Shown here: piece by piece, positions 20,701 to 31,047 of the stretch
How positions within the stretch are numbered: position 1 is the first letter of the stretch
Layout: every line of letters begins with the position of its first letter
Assembly: GCA_965216755.1 (NCBI GenBank)
Contig: CBDCGL010000011.1
Span: forward strand, 1,408,001-1,472,000
Reading direction: 5' to 3'
Length of the DNA stretch: 64,000 bases
Origin: Alphaproteobacteria bacterium
GTDB taxonomy: Bacteria > Pseudomonadota > Alphaproteobacteria > UBA7887
Program-made: the position numbers and the translations under genes
Notes under the pieces: generated by a model
Databases searched by the model: none
What the model was told of the DNA's origin: nothing
What the model saw: only the letters and a program-made list of their open reading frames with translations

Positions 20701-22078
20701 ACGCGAATGGGTCGGTTTGGCCGGATTTGTAATCTTGCTGATCCTGATCGGCTTGCGCGTGCCAGTTGGTTTGGCCATGACCGGCGTCGGCATTGGCGGC
20801 ACCTTTGTCCTCAGCCTTGTGGCGCCACATCTGCGCTTTGCCCCCTATCTCAAGCAATTCAAAACGCTGCTCTGGAACACGGTGGCAAATTATGACTTGT
20901 CGGTTGTTCCGCTGTTCGTGCTTATGGGCTTTCTCGCCAGCCAATCGAATCTGAGCCGCGATCTGTTCCAGGGCATCAACGCCCTTTGCGGCCGCCTGCG
21001 CGGCGGAGTCGCGATGGCGGCCGTCGGTGCGTGCGCCGGTTTCGGTGCCGTGTGCGGGTCATCTCTCGCAACCGCATCAACTATGGGACGCGTTGCGCTG
21101 CCAGAATTGCGCCGCATGCGCTATGACCCCAGTTTAGCGACCGGGGCCCTAGCGGCGGGCGGTACGCTGGGTATTTTGATCCCGCCGTCTGTTGCCTTGG
21201 TGATCTATGCCATCATTGTCGAGGCCTCGATCGTTGAGATGTTTCAAGCGGCGATCGTCCCCGGCCTAATCGCTGTCTGCATGTTTGTCGCTGTGATTGC
21301 CGTAACCGTCGCCCGAAATCCGGAAAAAGCGCCCATCGCCCAACCAATGCCCACAGCCGAAAGGCGCGCTGCGATTGCGCGCCTGTTGCCGGTCTTGGCC
21401 ATTTTTGGCGCGATCATTCTGGGACTGGGAATGGGGCTGTTCACGCCAACGCCGGCTGCCGGCATCGGTGTGTTTGCCATCTTGGTCTATGGCTTTGCAA
21501 TGCGCACGTGGCGCGACGACGGGCTAACACTGGGCGGCGTGCGGCGGTCGCTGCTCGACACTGCGGTTACCGCCAGCATGATTTATTTCATCCTTTTCGG
21601 TGCCGAAGTGCTGAAAGGATTTTTTGCCCGGTCCGGCCTGCCTACGGCGCTTGCAGGTTGGGCCGGTGTCAGTGGTTTCGACCCCTGGGTTGTTTTGATC
21701 GTCATGCTGATCATACTCATCGCCCTGGGCTGCTTTATGGAATCCTTGTCCATGATCTTGGTTATCGTGCCGTTCTTCTGGCCAGTGCTCATTGACCTCA
21801 ACGGTGGCGATTGGGCAACGGCCGACAGCGCTGCCTTTGGCATGACAACAGACGAACTGAAGATTTGGTTCGGCATCTTGGCCCTGATTGTCGTCGAACT
21901 CGGATTGATTACACCTCCTGTCGGGCTAAACGTTTTTATCATCAACATGATGGCGGAAAACGCGAAAATGAAAGACACGTTTCGCGGCGTTATGCCGTTT
22001 TTCGCCGCCGAGATCGTGCGTATCGCTTTGTTGTTGGCACTGCCGGTCCTGGCCCTGTTCGTGCCGCGACTCCTTTGA
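20693..22078 (+). CDS. TRAP transporter large permease (DctM family)
   Basis: PLFVLMG, GSSLATA, GGTLGILIPPS, ITPPVGLN. Confidence 0.93.
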   Translation: MGEREWVGLAGFVILLILIGLRVPVGLAMTGVGIGGTFVLSLVAPHLRFAPYLKQFKTLLWNTVANYDLSVVPLFVLMGFLASQSNLSRDLFQGINALCGRLRGGVAMAAVGACAGFGAVCGSSLATASTMGRVALPELRRMRYDPSLATGALAAGGTLGILIPPSVALVIYAIIVEASIVEMFQAAIVPGLIAVCMFVAVIAVTVARNPEKAPIAQPMPTAERRAAIARLLPVLAIFGAIILGLGMGLFTPTPAAGIGVFAILVYGFAMRTWRDDGLTLGGVRRSLLDTAVTASMIYFILFGAEVLKGFFARSGLPTALAGWAGVSGFDPWVVLIVMLIILIALGCFMESLSMILVIVPFFWPVLIDLNGGDWATADSAAFGMTTDELKIWFGILALIVVELGLITPPVGLNVFIINMMAENAKMKDTFRGVMPFFAAEIVRIALLLALPVLALFVPRLL

Positions 22079-22102
22079 CGAAATAGACGAGAGTTTCGGA
22101 GA

Positions 22103-23122
22103 ATGACATCATTGCCCATATTACCCACCATGGGCGTCGGCAGTTATGCGGCGCCGGGTTGGTTTATTGCCGCGCGTGGACCCATCGCGGAAGGCCGATT
22201 CGGAGCCCATGATGTCGAAGAGCTATTCGATGATGCCGTGCGCATCACTGTTGCCGATCAGATCGAGGCCGGCATTGACATCCTGACCGATGGTGAGTTG
22301 CGTCGGCAACGATTTGTTTTCGAAATGTACGACCGTTTCGAGGGTTTAAGGCGAGTGCCACCACGTCGCAAATTGGGTCTGCGGGGCTACGATACAGCAC
22401 CACATTTCGTCGTGGAAAGTCTACCAACGGTGCCCGATGGCCTTGGCGTGGTAACTGATTTGCGCGCCCTGAAAGAGCTGGTGCCAGATCGACCGTTGAA
22501 AGTCGCTCTGCCGGGACCGCTTACGTTCGCGGGCAATATTGAGGCCGGAGATCAATCACCGGATGCAGTTTTCGATCGACTCGTCGAGCTCGTTCGAACT
22601 GAGCTGGATGCCCTTGTCGCCGCCGGCGCCACCTACATTCAACTCGACGAACCGTCCTTGCCACATCCGGCCTATGGTCGCTCGCCAACCGACGGGGCGC
22701 GCATAATCAACAAGGTGCTCGACGGACTCGAAGTGCGCACCGCGGTTCACGTCTGCTTTGGCAATAATGCGGGCCGGCCACGCTCAGACCGTCGCTTCGG
22801 CCGGCTGATGGAAGCCATGAATGCGTTGGCGTGCAATCAACTGGTTCTGGAGTTCGCGAACCGCGAGATGGCCGACATCGAATGCCTGACCCCATTGTCG
22901 GAAAAATTCGATATCGCGGCCGGCGTTGTCGACGTCAAGAACTGGCGGACCGAAACCCCGGATGACGTGGCTCGGCGCATCCGACAATGCCTGGAACACA
23001 TGCCTGCGGCGCGGCTGAGCGTGACCGCGGATTGTGGCTTCTCGGCGCTACCGCGTTATTTGGCACGCGCGAAAATGGAGGCGCTTGTCACCGGCACCAA
23101 GCAAGTTCGCGCCACGCTCTAG
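22103..23122 (+). CDS. cobalamin-independent methionine synthase C-terminal (core) family Zn enzyme
   Basis: VGSY, DGELRR, PGPLT, IQLDEP, Zn ligands HVC, E (LEFA) and DCG; about 340 aa with no N-terminal folate-binding barrel. Confidence 0.85.
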   Translation: MTSLPILPTMGVGSYAAPGWFIAARGPIAEGRFGAHDVEELFDDAVRITVADQIEAGIDILTDGELRRQRFVFEMYDRFEGLRRVPPRRKLGLRGYDTAPHFVVESLPTVPDGLGVVTDLRALKELVPDRPLKVALPGPLTFAGNIEAGDQSPDAVFDRLVELVRTELDALVAAGATYIQLDEPSLPHPAYGRSPTDGARIINKVLDGLEVRTAVHVCFGNNAGRPRSDRRFGRLMEAMNALACNQLVLEFANREMADIECLTPLSEKFDIAAGVVDVKNWRTETPDDVARRIRQCLEHMPAARLSVTADCGFSALPRYLARAKMEALVTGTKQVRATL

Positions 23123-23123
23123 C

Positions 23124-23154
23124 AAAAAAGGGTGTCGGTCGGTTTCGACCAGCC
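23124..23154 (-). terminator. putative intrinsic terminator between convergent genes
   Basis: Minus strand GGTCG-AAAC-CGACC stem followed shortly by TTTTTT. Confidence 0.4.
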
Positions 23155-23790
23155 TTACGTCCGCGCACTCGGGCGCGAGGACACTGCATCATGCCAGCGT
23201 CGCAGATGGATAGCCGCATCAGGTATCTCCATCTTGCACGCGCGCGCCGCGAAGTCTATCGCGCACAGGGCGGTAATATCCGCCACAGTATAGTCGTCGC
23301 CGGCGACAAACGGCCGATCCTCCAATTGCGCGTCCAGAACCCCGAAGAATCGTTTGATGCGCGCGCGTCCCCGTTCGACCAGCTCCGAGATTTGCGGCAC
23401 AGGGACGACAAAACCCGGCAACCCCCGATCGACAAATCCGGGATGGCTATTGCGCAGCATTTCGCCAGCGGCTTGAATGCCCTCAAGCTCTCCGCGTCGT
23501 TCCCACATCTCGGCCAAGGCCGCGGATTTCGGATCGCGCCCCATCAGCGGCGGCGTCGGGTGTGTCATTTCCAGGTAGCGGCAAATTGCCATGGCCTCGC
23601 TGATTCGCGTGCCGTCGTCGAGCTCCAGTACGGGAACAAGGCGGCTGGGGCTCAGTGCCAGAAACTCAGGAGTCAAAGTAGGTGCTTTTGGAACCCCGAC
23701 TTCCTCGATTGGAATCTCGATGCCCTTTTCCGCCAAGAAAATACGCACGCGCCGTGCGTTTGGCGCGGCACGCCAATCATAAAGCTTCAT
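23155..23790 (-). CDS. glutathione S-transferase family protein
   Basis: APNARRVRIFLAEKG, VPVL, SEAMAICRYLE, YTVADI. Confidence 0.92.
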   Translation of the reverse strand: MKLYDWRAAPNARRVRIFLAEKGIEIPIEEVGVPKAPTLTPEFLALSPSRLVPVLELDDGTRISEAMAICRYLEMTHPTPPLMGRDPKSAALAEMWERRGELEGIQAAGEMLRNSHPGFVDRGLPGFVVPVPQISELVERGRARIKRFFGVLDAQLEDRPFVAGDDYTVADITALCAIDFAARACKMEIPDAAIHLRRWHDAVSSRPSART

Positions 23791-23829
23791 GATTTGGTCA
23801 CTCCCAATTCTCCCTGCAGACGGCGCCGC

Positions 23830-24858
23830 TTATCCGCTTGGTGGTGTACGCCGCCAAACTGGGTCGGATTCGAATGCGCGCCGCAATTTATCTCTTTCCG
23901 ACGCGGGTCGCCACGCGGCATCAAGAGCGTTTAGGGTCAGCTGCCGGATCTCATCGGGCGTAAACCCGAACTTTGTCGACAACATCGTGAATTCTTCGAC
24001 CAGGCTATTGTGAAACATGCCCGGATCATCCGTGTTGATGGTCACCTGCAAGCCCAAGTCCCAATAACGTCGCACGGGATGCGCGCTCAAATCACTGACG
24101 ACACCTGTCGCCAGGTTGGACAGCGGACACATCTCGATCGTCACCTGGTGCTCGGCAAGCAGGTCAAGAACCGCCGGATCCTCTTCCGCGCGCGTGCCAT
24201 GGCCAATGCGATCGACGGCCAACGCGTCGAGCGCCTCGCGCACGCTGTCTGCCCCCGCCGCTTCGCCGGCGTGCACAGATGTGCGTAAACCAAGATCCCG
24301 CGCTCGCGCGTATATTGGGGCGAACGGCTTCGGCGGGTGCATGTGCTCCGACCCGCCCATGCCAATCCCGACTATTCCGTAGTCTATGACATCGGCAATT
24401 TGACTCAGCGTCTCCGCGGCGCGCGCCGGGCCGTGGTCGCGGACCAAATCAGGTATTAAATGCACTTCGGTGCCGCGCACGTCGTCAAGTCCGGCGCGGA
24501 TCGCCTCGGTTAATCCTTGGGGGGTCAAGCCCCGGTCGGCAAATCGGCTCGGCGAATAGAAGATCTCAGCGTAGCGTATGTTCTGCCTCGCCAGGTCTTC
24601 GGCGACCGCCTCCGCAATCAACTGAAAATCCTCATACGTCCTGAGGAAGCTATTTTTCCAAATCCAGGTCTCAATGAAGTGTGGAAAGTCGCGATAGGTA
24701 AGGCGCGCACGCAGGTCTTCTTCTCGTGCAACTGACCCATCGCCGCCATACTTTTGGATCAACGCCCACAATGTCGGTAAAGGGATTGCTCCCTCCAAAT
24801 GGAGGTGGAGCTCGGCCTTCGGAAGGTTACCAAGCCAGCATACGAACTCGTCAGTCAT
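23830..24858 (-). CDS. add: adenosine/adenine deaminase
   Basis: LPKAELHLHLEG, VHAGE, RIGHG, CPLSN, NTDDP. Confidence 0.9.
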   Translation of the reverse strand: MTDEFVCWLGNLPKAELHLHLEGAIPLPTLWALIQKYGGDGSVAREEDLRARLTYRDFPHFIETWIWKNSFLRTYEDFQLIAEAVAEDLARQNIRYAEIFYSPSRFADRGLTPQGLTEAIRAGLDDVRGTEVHLIPDLVRDHGPARAAETLSQIADVIDYGIVGIGMGGSEHMHPPKPFAPIYARARDLGLRTSVHAGEAAGADSVREALDALAVDRIGHGTRAEEDPAVLDLLAEHQVTIEMCPLSNLATGVVSDLSAHPVRRYWDLGLQVTINTDDPGMFHNSLVEEFTMLSTKFGFTPDEIRQLTLNALDAAWRPASERDKLRRAFESDPVWRRTPPSG

Positions 24859-25304
24859 CACATCGTCGCGTTTCACACAATTTGAGATTTGCCAGTGCCG
24901 CCGGCATAACAGCAAACGCACAGGAAGCGTAGAAAGAGATAGGCGCCAATCGCAAGATACAGAACACCATGCCGCCGCCATCGACGGCGGATGCACGGAA
25001 TCGTCGCAACATAACTATCTGATATTATATATGTTTGACAATTTGACGTTGGCTCGCATATTGAAACACCGTAAAAACCCGCACGCGCGCGATCTCGACA
25101 CGTGTCGCGCGATTGCCGCGTCGTTGTGGGCGAAATCATAAATGAAACGGGTGGCGGGTTCGATCATTTCGGTGAAACGGTTCATTTTGAAATTCGCGCG
25201 TAGCATAGTGCTGACCGTGCCGCAAGCCCCATCCAAAGACAAACCGCATCGTATCAACGAACAAGTCCAAGAACATGGACTCTCGACAATGAGAGGAGCG
25301 CAGA

Positions 25305-25709
25305 TTGCCCACATCTTATCGGATTGCAGTTGGCTTTATCGCTATCGTACTATCTTTTCGCATAGCATCAGTATCGGCCGACGATTTCTCCATTGATTTC
25401 AGTTGGGAGGGAATCGCCCGATGCTCTTCCACACCACCCGATATCAAGCTGGTCAATGTTCCAGACGACACGGCACGATTTCAGATCAAACTCGTCGACC
25501 TTGATTTTACAGCTTTCAATCACGGTGGCGGTATCGCGCCATATACCGGCGACGACAAGATCCGCGAAAGCGACTATGAGTCTGAAGATTATCGGGGGCC
25601 TTGTCCGCCCGGCGACACGCACACATACGAGTTTACAGTTCAAGCCTTGGGTGAAGATGGCAGCGTACGCGCCGAAGCACGGGCCAGCGGCGATTTTCCA
25701 CACAAATAG
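25305..25709 (+). CDS. exported YbhB/YbcL (PEBP) family protein
   Basis: Signal peptide; YRGPCPP-x-x-x-HTYEFTVQAL. Confidence 0.78.
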   Translation: MPTSYRIAVGFIAIVLSFRIASVSADDFSIDFSWEGIARCSSTPPDIKLVNVPDDTARFQIKLVDLDFTAFNHGGGIAPYTGDDKIRESDYESEDYRGPCPPGDTHTYEFTVQALGEDGSVRAEARASGDFPHK

Positions 25710-26920
25710 TGCCGACCCAGCCACGGGAGAGCCAATCGGTGGACCGACTTAGGAATTGCTACGACATCGGTGATCTTCGTGCTGCCGCGCGCCGTCGGCT
25801 GCCACGGGCGATATTCGATTTTATCGATGGCGGGGCTGACGACGAAGTGACTCTGCGCGGCAACGAATCGGGATTTGGTCGTTACGCCCTGGTCCCCGAA
25901 GTGCTCAAAGACGTGTCGGTTGTCGACATGACAACAACTGTAATGGGCCAATCCGTGTCAATGCCCTTGATCTTGGCGCCAACCGGCCTCACGCGCTTGT
26001 TTCATCCTGAGGGCGAAAAAGCCGTGCTCCGCGCAGCGAAGCGTGCGGGCACCATTTATTCGTTGTCGTCGGGTTCGAGTGTGTCGATCGAAGATATCGG
26101 AGCCCTCACCAATGGGCAAAAATGGCTACAAATCTACGTTTGGAAGGATCGAAGTTTGGTGCGCGATTTTATCGCACGCGCACGCGCCGCCGGATTTCAT
26201 GCGCTATGTCTGACAGTCGACGTCCAGGTCTTGGGCAATCGCCAACGCGATTTCTACAATGGCATGACTGTGCCGCCGCGGCTGACACCACGAACATTGG
26301 CCGATGTCGCGGTCCATCCCGATTGGTGGTTCAAGCTTGTTACAAGCCCACCGCTCAGCCTTGCCAACGTCACCGGCAAAGCCGCGGCCATCGGCGACGA
26401 TCTTTCCACAGTCGCGGCATACATCAACGACCAATTGGACCCATCAGTCGATTGGGACGACGCGGCGCAAATGATCGAAGATTGGGGTGGACCCTTCGCG
26501 ATCAAGGGCATCCTCAGTGCTGAGGATGCAATGCGCGCTGTTGATATTGGCGCGAGTGGCATTATCGTTTCAAATCATGGTGGACGCCAGTTGGACCAAA
26601 CGCCGGCTACGGTGGATGTCTTGCCAGAAATTGTCGAAGCGGTCGCAGGGCGGGCGGACGTGATTTTGGACGGCGGGATACGCCGCGGCACCGATATCGT
26701 CAAGGCGCTTGCACTGGGCGCCACAGCATGCATGTGCGGCCGCCCCTATCTTTACGGCGTCGCGGCCGGCGGGGAAGCAGGCGTGCGGAAGGCACTCAAC
26801 ATATTTGGGAGCGAAATCGCGCGCGATATGGCGCTGGTTGGTGTCAACCGAGTCGACGATCTAGGGCTGCGGCACTTACGCCGCAACGACGGGCCACGGG
26901 GCTATCCGCACAATCGGTGA
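25709..26920 (+). CDS. FMN-dependent alpha-hydroxy acid dehydrogenase (LldD-like)
   Basis: FDFIDGGA, LTVD, SNHGGRQLD, DGGIRRG, GRPYLYG. Confidence 0.92.
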   Translation: MPTQPRESQSVDRLRNCYDIGDLRAAARRRLPRAIFDFIDGGADDEVTLRGNESGFGRYALVPEVLKDVSVVDMTTTVMGQSVSMPLILAPTGLTRLFHPEGEKAVLRAAKRAGTIYSLSSGSSVSIEDIGALTNGQKWLQIYVWKDRSLVRDFIARARAAGFHALCLTVDVQVLGNRQRDFYNGMTVPPRLTPRTLADVAVHPDWWFKLVTSPPLSLANVTGKAAAIGDDLSTVAAYINDQLDPSVDWDDAAQMIEDWGGPFAIKGILSAEDAMRAVDIGASGIIVSNHGGRQLDQTPATVDVLPEIVEAVAGRADVILDGGIRRGTDIVKALALGATACMCGRPYLYGVAAGGEAGVRKALNIFGSEIARDMALVGVNRVDDLGLRHLRRNDGPRGYPHNR

Positions 26921-26938
26921 AACGTGAACGACCGACCA

Positions 26939-26974
26939 ATGACCGCCGGGGCGCGCGGGCCGCCCGGCGGTCAT
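26939..26974. terminator. strong GC-rich inverted repeat between convergent genes
   Basis: Perfect 12-bp arms ATGACCGCCGGG / CCCGGCGGTCAT with a 12-nt loop. Confidence 0.55.
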
Positions 26975-27007
26975 CCAAGCCCTTGGGAGGCTGTGCACGG
27001 TCGTTGA

Positions 27008-28021
27008 CTAGAGCATCGTCCGGATGGCAACGCGTTCCGATTTACTGAGTTCGCCGAAGACAATGTCCTCTGAATATTTCATTGCAAGCGGCAAACCATT
27101 TTCAAGGCTGTAGACGATCGTCCCCTCATAAGCCACCTCGAAATCGTCAAAATCGATCCCGTCAACCACTTGTTGCCCACCATCAAGCGACTGAGCGGCC
27201 TGGCTCATGAAAGCCTTGAGCTGCGATCGCAGAACTTCGTGGTCGGGCTCACGCCAGACTTCAAACGTCACGGTGCGGGCGTCGTGATCGATTTCGGAAA
27301 TGCCGTAGTAAAACTTTCCTGGGATGGGCTGACCGAGGAACGGTGATACCAACTGATCGTCCAGCGAGTAGACCGCGTCAACTTCCAATTCTACGCCGCA
27401 CAAGAAATAATAGAGACGGGCGTGTTCCAATACGGCGTTCTCCAGATATTCGGGATCATTCATTTGACCCATCATACTCTGGACCAGCGCATTGACTTGC
27501 TCAGGCATGCCTTGTGACCTGAGCTCACCGCTAATTTCTTGCAGCGACCTTTGGATGACGGCGGTCACCTCTTGGCGATTCGCGAGACTACTTACAGATC
27601 CGAACCTATCCATTTTGATCCGGATTGGAGTGTCTTCCTCCATCCGTTCCAAACGCTCGACCAATGTATCAGGCAACAGGGCGTTGCCGTCCATCTCGTA
27701 ATCCTCAACATCCCACACCAGCGTATGGCCGAGAGGTGTTACATGCCGAACCGTTGCACGACCAATCGATCGATGCTTTTCCGACCTTACTGTTTGCTGG
27801 CCGCGCCGCTCCTCGGAAACGATGATCGTTTCCATGCGATAGCTTTCGCCGTTCGCCCGCGTCGTCGGCAATTCAATAGTCTCGACGCCCGCAGTCTCGC
27901 TCATGTCCGACGGTTGATCGGTGCCCCCAACGTGGGGACCCGCACATGAAGCGACAAAAGCCATAGAAAAGGCGACAATTGTGGGTTTCCATGCAAATCT
28001 TGCAAAAATTGAATTAATCAT
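27008..28021 (-). CDS. hypothetical lipoprotein
   Basis: Signal peptide ending in lipobox-like FVASC; acidic, beta-rich body; family not recognised. Confidence 0.6.
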   Translation of the reverse strand: MINSIFARFAWKPTIVAFSMAFVASCAGPHVGGTDQPSDMSETAGVETIELPTTRANGESYRMETIIVSEERRGQQTVRSEKHRSIGRATVRHVTPLGHTLVWDVEDYEMDGNALLPDTLVERLERMEEDTPIRIKMDRFGSVSSLANRQEVTAVIQRSLQEISGELRSQGMPEQVNALVQSMMGQMNDPEYLENAVLEHARLYYFLCGVELEVDAVYSLDDQLVSPFLGQPIPGKFYYGISEIDHDARTVTFEVWREPDHEVLRSQLKAFMSQAAQSLDGGQQVVDGIDFDDFEVAYEGTIVYSLENGLPLAMKYSEDIVFGELSKSERVAIRTML

Positions 28022-28374
28022 GCGAGCTCCACGACACAGGTTTTGGGTTTTGGCGTGTTGTGACGCCAAAGTCGGCCCCAACAAAAATAGTTGTGTCCAT
28101 CAAGCAGACAACCTGAAAAAAGCGACGTGCTCATAATCTGGCCGTATCGTGGAATGAGTGTGATCAGTTCTATGTATTCAAAAAATTCTTCGGTTCTTTC
28201 GTTCTATACTTTAAGAAACCATAACTAAAATGTCGCATTTATTTTCCTCTATACTTGATTTAATTTTATCCGCACGCTCAATATGGTCGGAAAGTGCGCT
28301 CGGCATTCAGATCCTCAGAAACGCAATGCTGATGCTGCGTCATCAAGCATCGTATCCACTCTGTGGATGTGCTC

Positions 28375-29178
28375 CTATCCGCAACTGGCGGATAGACCGC
28401 CATCGACAATGAGTTCGGTGGCCGTGACATAGCGCGCTTCATCTGAGGCAAGAAACAGCGATGCATGGGCGACATCCCAGGCGTCACCCATTTTTCCGGT
28501 TGGACACTGCGCGTCGCGCGCCGCCACCATCGCTGCCGCGTCACCGTCGCCATACTGTGTCGCAATGCGAGCCGTCACCAAAGGTGTGTTCATCAGGCCG
28601 GGCAACACACAATTTGCGCGCAGGCCCTGGCGGGCATATTGCAGCGCAACACCTCGCGTAAACTGAATGAGCCCGGCTTTGGCGGCCTGATAAGACGCCA
28701 TCGCCCGATCGCCCAGCGCGCGGATACCTGCAACCGACGATACGTTGACGATCACGCCACCGCCGTGATCCAAGATCACGGGTATCGCGTGCTTGCATGT
28801 GAGAAATGCTGACTTCAGGTTAAACGCAATTGCGCCGTCCCAGGCAGCTTCGCTTAGCTCCACCGGCCCGCCGGGAATTGACCCGCCAACATTATTTTGC
28901 AGGATATCTATCCGGCCGAATCGTGCCACGCACATTTGTACGGCCTTCGCAACGTCCGTCGAATTGGTGGCATCAGCCTGCCCAGCCGCGGCACTTCCGC
29001 CCTCGCCGCGAATCAAACTGACAGTCTCTCTTGCCGCCACTCCATCAATGTCTACGGCGAACACGTCGGCGCCCTCGCGAGCGAACAACATGGCTGTTGC
29101 TTTGCCGTTGCCCCAACCCGGCCCGACGGATCCCGCGCCCATGACAAAGGCAACCTTGTTCCGCAATCGACCCGCCAT
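28375..29178 (-). CDS. SDR family oxidoreductase
   Basis: GAGSVGPGWGNG, NNVG, YQAAK; GGAGG RBS. Confidence 0.92.
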   Translation of the reverse strand: MAGRLRNKVAFVMGAGSVGPGWGNGKATAMLFAREGADVFAVDIDGVAARETVSLIRGEGGSAAAGQADATNSTDVAKAVQMCVARFGRIDILQNNVGGSIPGGPVELSEAAWDGAIAFNLKSAFLTCKHAIPVILDHGGGVIVNVSSVAGIRALGDRAMASYQAAKAGLIQFTRGVALQYARQGLRANCVLPGLMNTPLVTARIATQYGDGDAAAMVAARDAQCPTGKMGDAWDVAHASLFLASDEARYVTATELIVDGGLSASCG

Positions 29179-29230
29179 CGCACACCTCCGTTATTTGATG
29201 CTAGACTGTTACGGTCAGCAACATTTGAGT

Positions 29231-29620
29231 ATGACCATGCAAGATGATCGCCGCATCCCGCATCACTCCGAGAACTATACGTGCGACGGGGAGAATGTCG
29301 CTGCAGAGACTGTCGACCGCATCGAAGGCGCACAGGCGAGCGCGCCGCTGCAAATTAAACCGCTCTTGACCGGCGACAACATGTTTCTAATGGAGATTAG
29401 ACGGTCAAAAGGTCTTGTTGATGCCACCCACGCGCACGCAGACCATGAATCAATGTGCTATTTGGTCAGCGGGCGCATGCGCGTTATCATCGATGGCAAC
29501 GAATTTGTCGCCAAGGCTGGCGACAGTTGGATACATCCTCCCGGCGTTGCCCATTACAGTGAAACGTTGGAAGACTCCGTGCAGGTTGAAGTCAAGTCGC
29601 CACCAAGACGGACATGGTGA
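29231..29620 (+). CDS. cupin domain protein
   Basis: HAHADHESMCYLVSG and GDSWIHPPGVAH cupin motifs 1 and 2. Confidence 0.82.
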   Translation: MTMQDDRRIPHHSENYTCDGENVAAETVDRIEGAQASAPLQIKPLLTGDNMFLMEIRRSKGLVDATHAHADHESMCYLVSGRMRVIIDGNEFVAKAGDSWIHPPGVAHYSETLEDSVQVEVKSPPRRTW

Positions 29621-29731
29621 CGGATGTAACAACAATCGATCACACGTTCGGTACATCGTGACCCGATGGACGGTTCCGCGATATGATGGCTGTCCCGTAG
29701 TTTGGGCCCAAAAAATGCGAGGGATGGCATC

Positions 29732-30211
29732 ATGATTAAAGGCCTGCATCACAACGCCTATCGCTGTCGCGACTCGGAGACCACGCGCCAGTTTTATGAG
29801 GATTTCTTGGGCATGCGTTTGGCCGGGAGTTTGAAGATCGACACGACGGTCACTGGTCGCCCCACGAACGTACTGCACACATTCTATGAGTTGGATGATG
29901 GTTCATATCTGGCCTTCTTTGAGGCCCCAGACATGCCATTTGAATTCAAGGATCAGCACGACTTCGACTTACATATCGCGCTTGAAGTGAGCCGTGATGA
30001 TCTCCAGTCGATGTTCGATAGAGGCAAGGCGGAAGGCCGCGAAATCCGCGGCGTGTCGAACCACGGATTCATACGTTCGATTTATTTCCGCGACCCGAAT
30101 GGTTATGTAATCGAACTGGCGGCCAAACAGGACGGTCAAGATCACGCCATGGACCCGCGACAAAACCGTGCGCGCGATATCCTTGACGACTGGCAAGCCA
30201 CCAAGGTCTAG
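29732..30211 (+). CDS. VOC family protein
   Basis: GLHHNAYRC, LHIAL, SIYFRDPNGYVIEL. Confidence 0.88.
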   Translation: MIKGLHHNAYRCRDSETTRQFYEDFLGMRLAGSLKIDTTVTGRPTNVLHTFYELDDGSYLAFFEAPDMPFEFKDQHDFDLHIALEVSRDDLQSMFDRGKAEGREIRGVSNHGFIRSIYFRDPNGYVIELAAKQDGQDHAMDPRQNRARDILDDWQATKV

Positions 30212-30233
30212 CGCACTTTCTGCGTAAATAAGG

Positions 30234-31019
30234 CTATTCGTGCGCGACCAGCCAATCGTGCGCCGCCCGTTGCGCTTCAGCGACTTGTTCCGTCGTCATC
30301 TCCGAAACCAAACGGTCCCGCCGACGCTGCGCCTGGCCGGCTTGTTGCCGCGTGAATTTGGCGTATGCGGCACGGTCGCCTTCTATTTGCGCGCAATCAG
30401 CCTCTTTCGCGTCTTGATCCGCTTGCGCGCTCTCTCGCTCATAGTTTCGATGGGCAATATCGTACCACATATATGCCATCACATAGTTGCGTGCCACACC
30501 TTTGCCTTCGCTCAAGACACGCGCGAGGTCACTCTGTGCCCAAACGAAATTCTGTTCGGCCGCGCGCTCGTACCATTCCGCCGCCTTGTCATCGGCCTGT
30601 GCGACGCCTTCACCTTGTTCATAAAGAACGCCCAGCGCCCGTTGCGCCGCAGGAAAATCTTGGTTGGCGGCCCGAAAATAGAGTTTTGCAGCTGTTCCAG
30701 CATCGCGCCCGACACCGATGCCGAGCGAATAAAGGCCGGCCAGCGCGTATAACGCTTCATCGTAGCCTTGCTTCGCAGCACGCTGATACCACTCGGCGGC
30801 GGCGATGAAGTCTTGGATATATTTGCCGCTTTGATAGATTTTGGCGATTTCGTGCTGCGCTGACGGATCCCCAGAATCGGCCAAGGGTCGTAGTTCGGCA
30901 AGAGCATCTTGATAGTTGCCACAAAGGACTGCGTGTTTGGCCTCGTCCAAGCCGGCATCGCTGGGCGCCGCGCCGATAATGACCAAAAGACCGGCCCCCG
31001 CTGTCGCCCGCCAGAACAT
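30234..31019 (-). CDS. exported Sel1-like repeat protein
   Basis: Signal peptide; repeated A-x-x-x-LG-x-LY-x-x-G-x-GV / WY-x-x-AA units; C-terminal MT-x-EQVAEAQ. Confidence 0.88.
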   Translation of the reverse strand: MFWRATAGAGLLVIIGAAPSDAGLDEAKHAVLCGNYQDALAELRPLADSGDPSAQHEIAKIYQSGKYIQDFIAAAEWYQRAAKQGYDEALYALAGLYSLGIGVGRDAGTAAKLYFRAANQDFPAAQRALGVLYEQGEGVAQADDKAAEWYERAAEQNFVWAQSDLARVLSEGKGVARNYVMAYMWYDIAHRNYERESAQADQDAKEADCAQIEGDRAAYAKFTRQQAGQAQRRRDRLVSEMTTEQVAEAQRAAHDWLVAHE

Positions 31020-31047
31020 TGCCACACTCTTCTCCCTAGCGTTGCTG

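Noticed and set aside
25150-25190. tRNA-like GGTTCGATC and LacI-like TGAAACGGTTCA
   Set aside because: No T-stem complementarity or cloverleaf; the operator-like match is short and no cognate regulator is nearby
28085-28374. AT-rich patch as a mobile-element end or foreign insertion
   Set aside because: No terminal inverted repeats, target duplication or transposase; consistent with a promoter region
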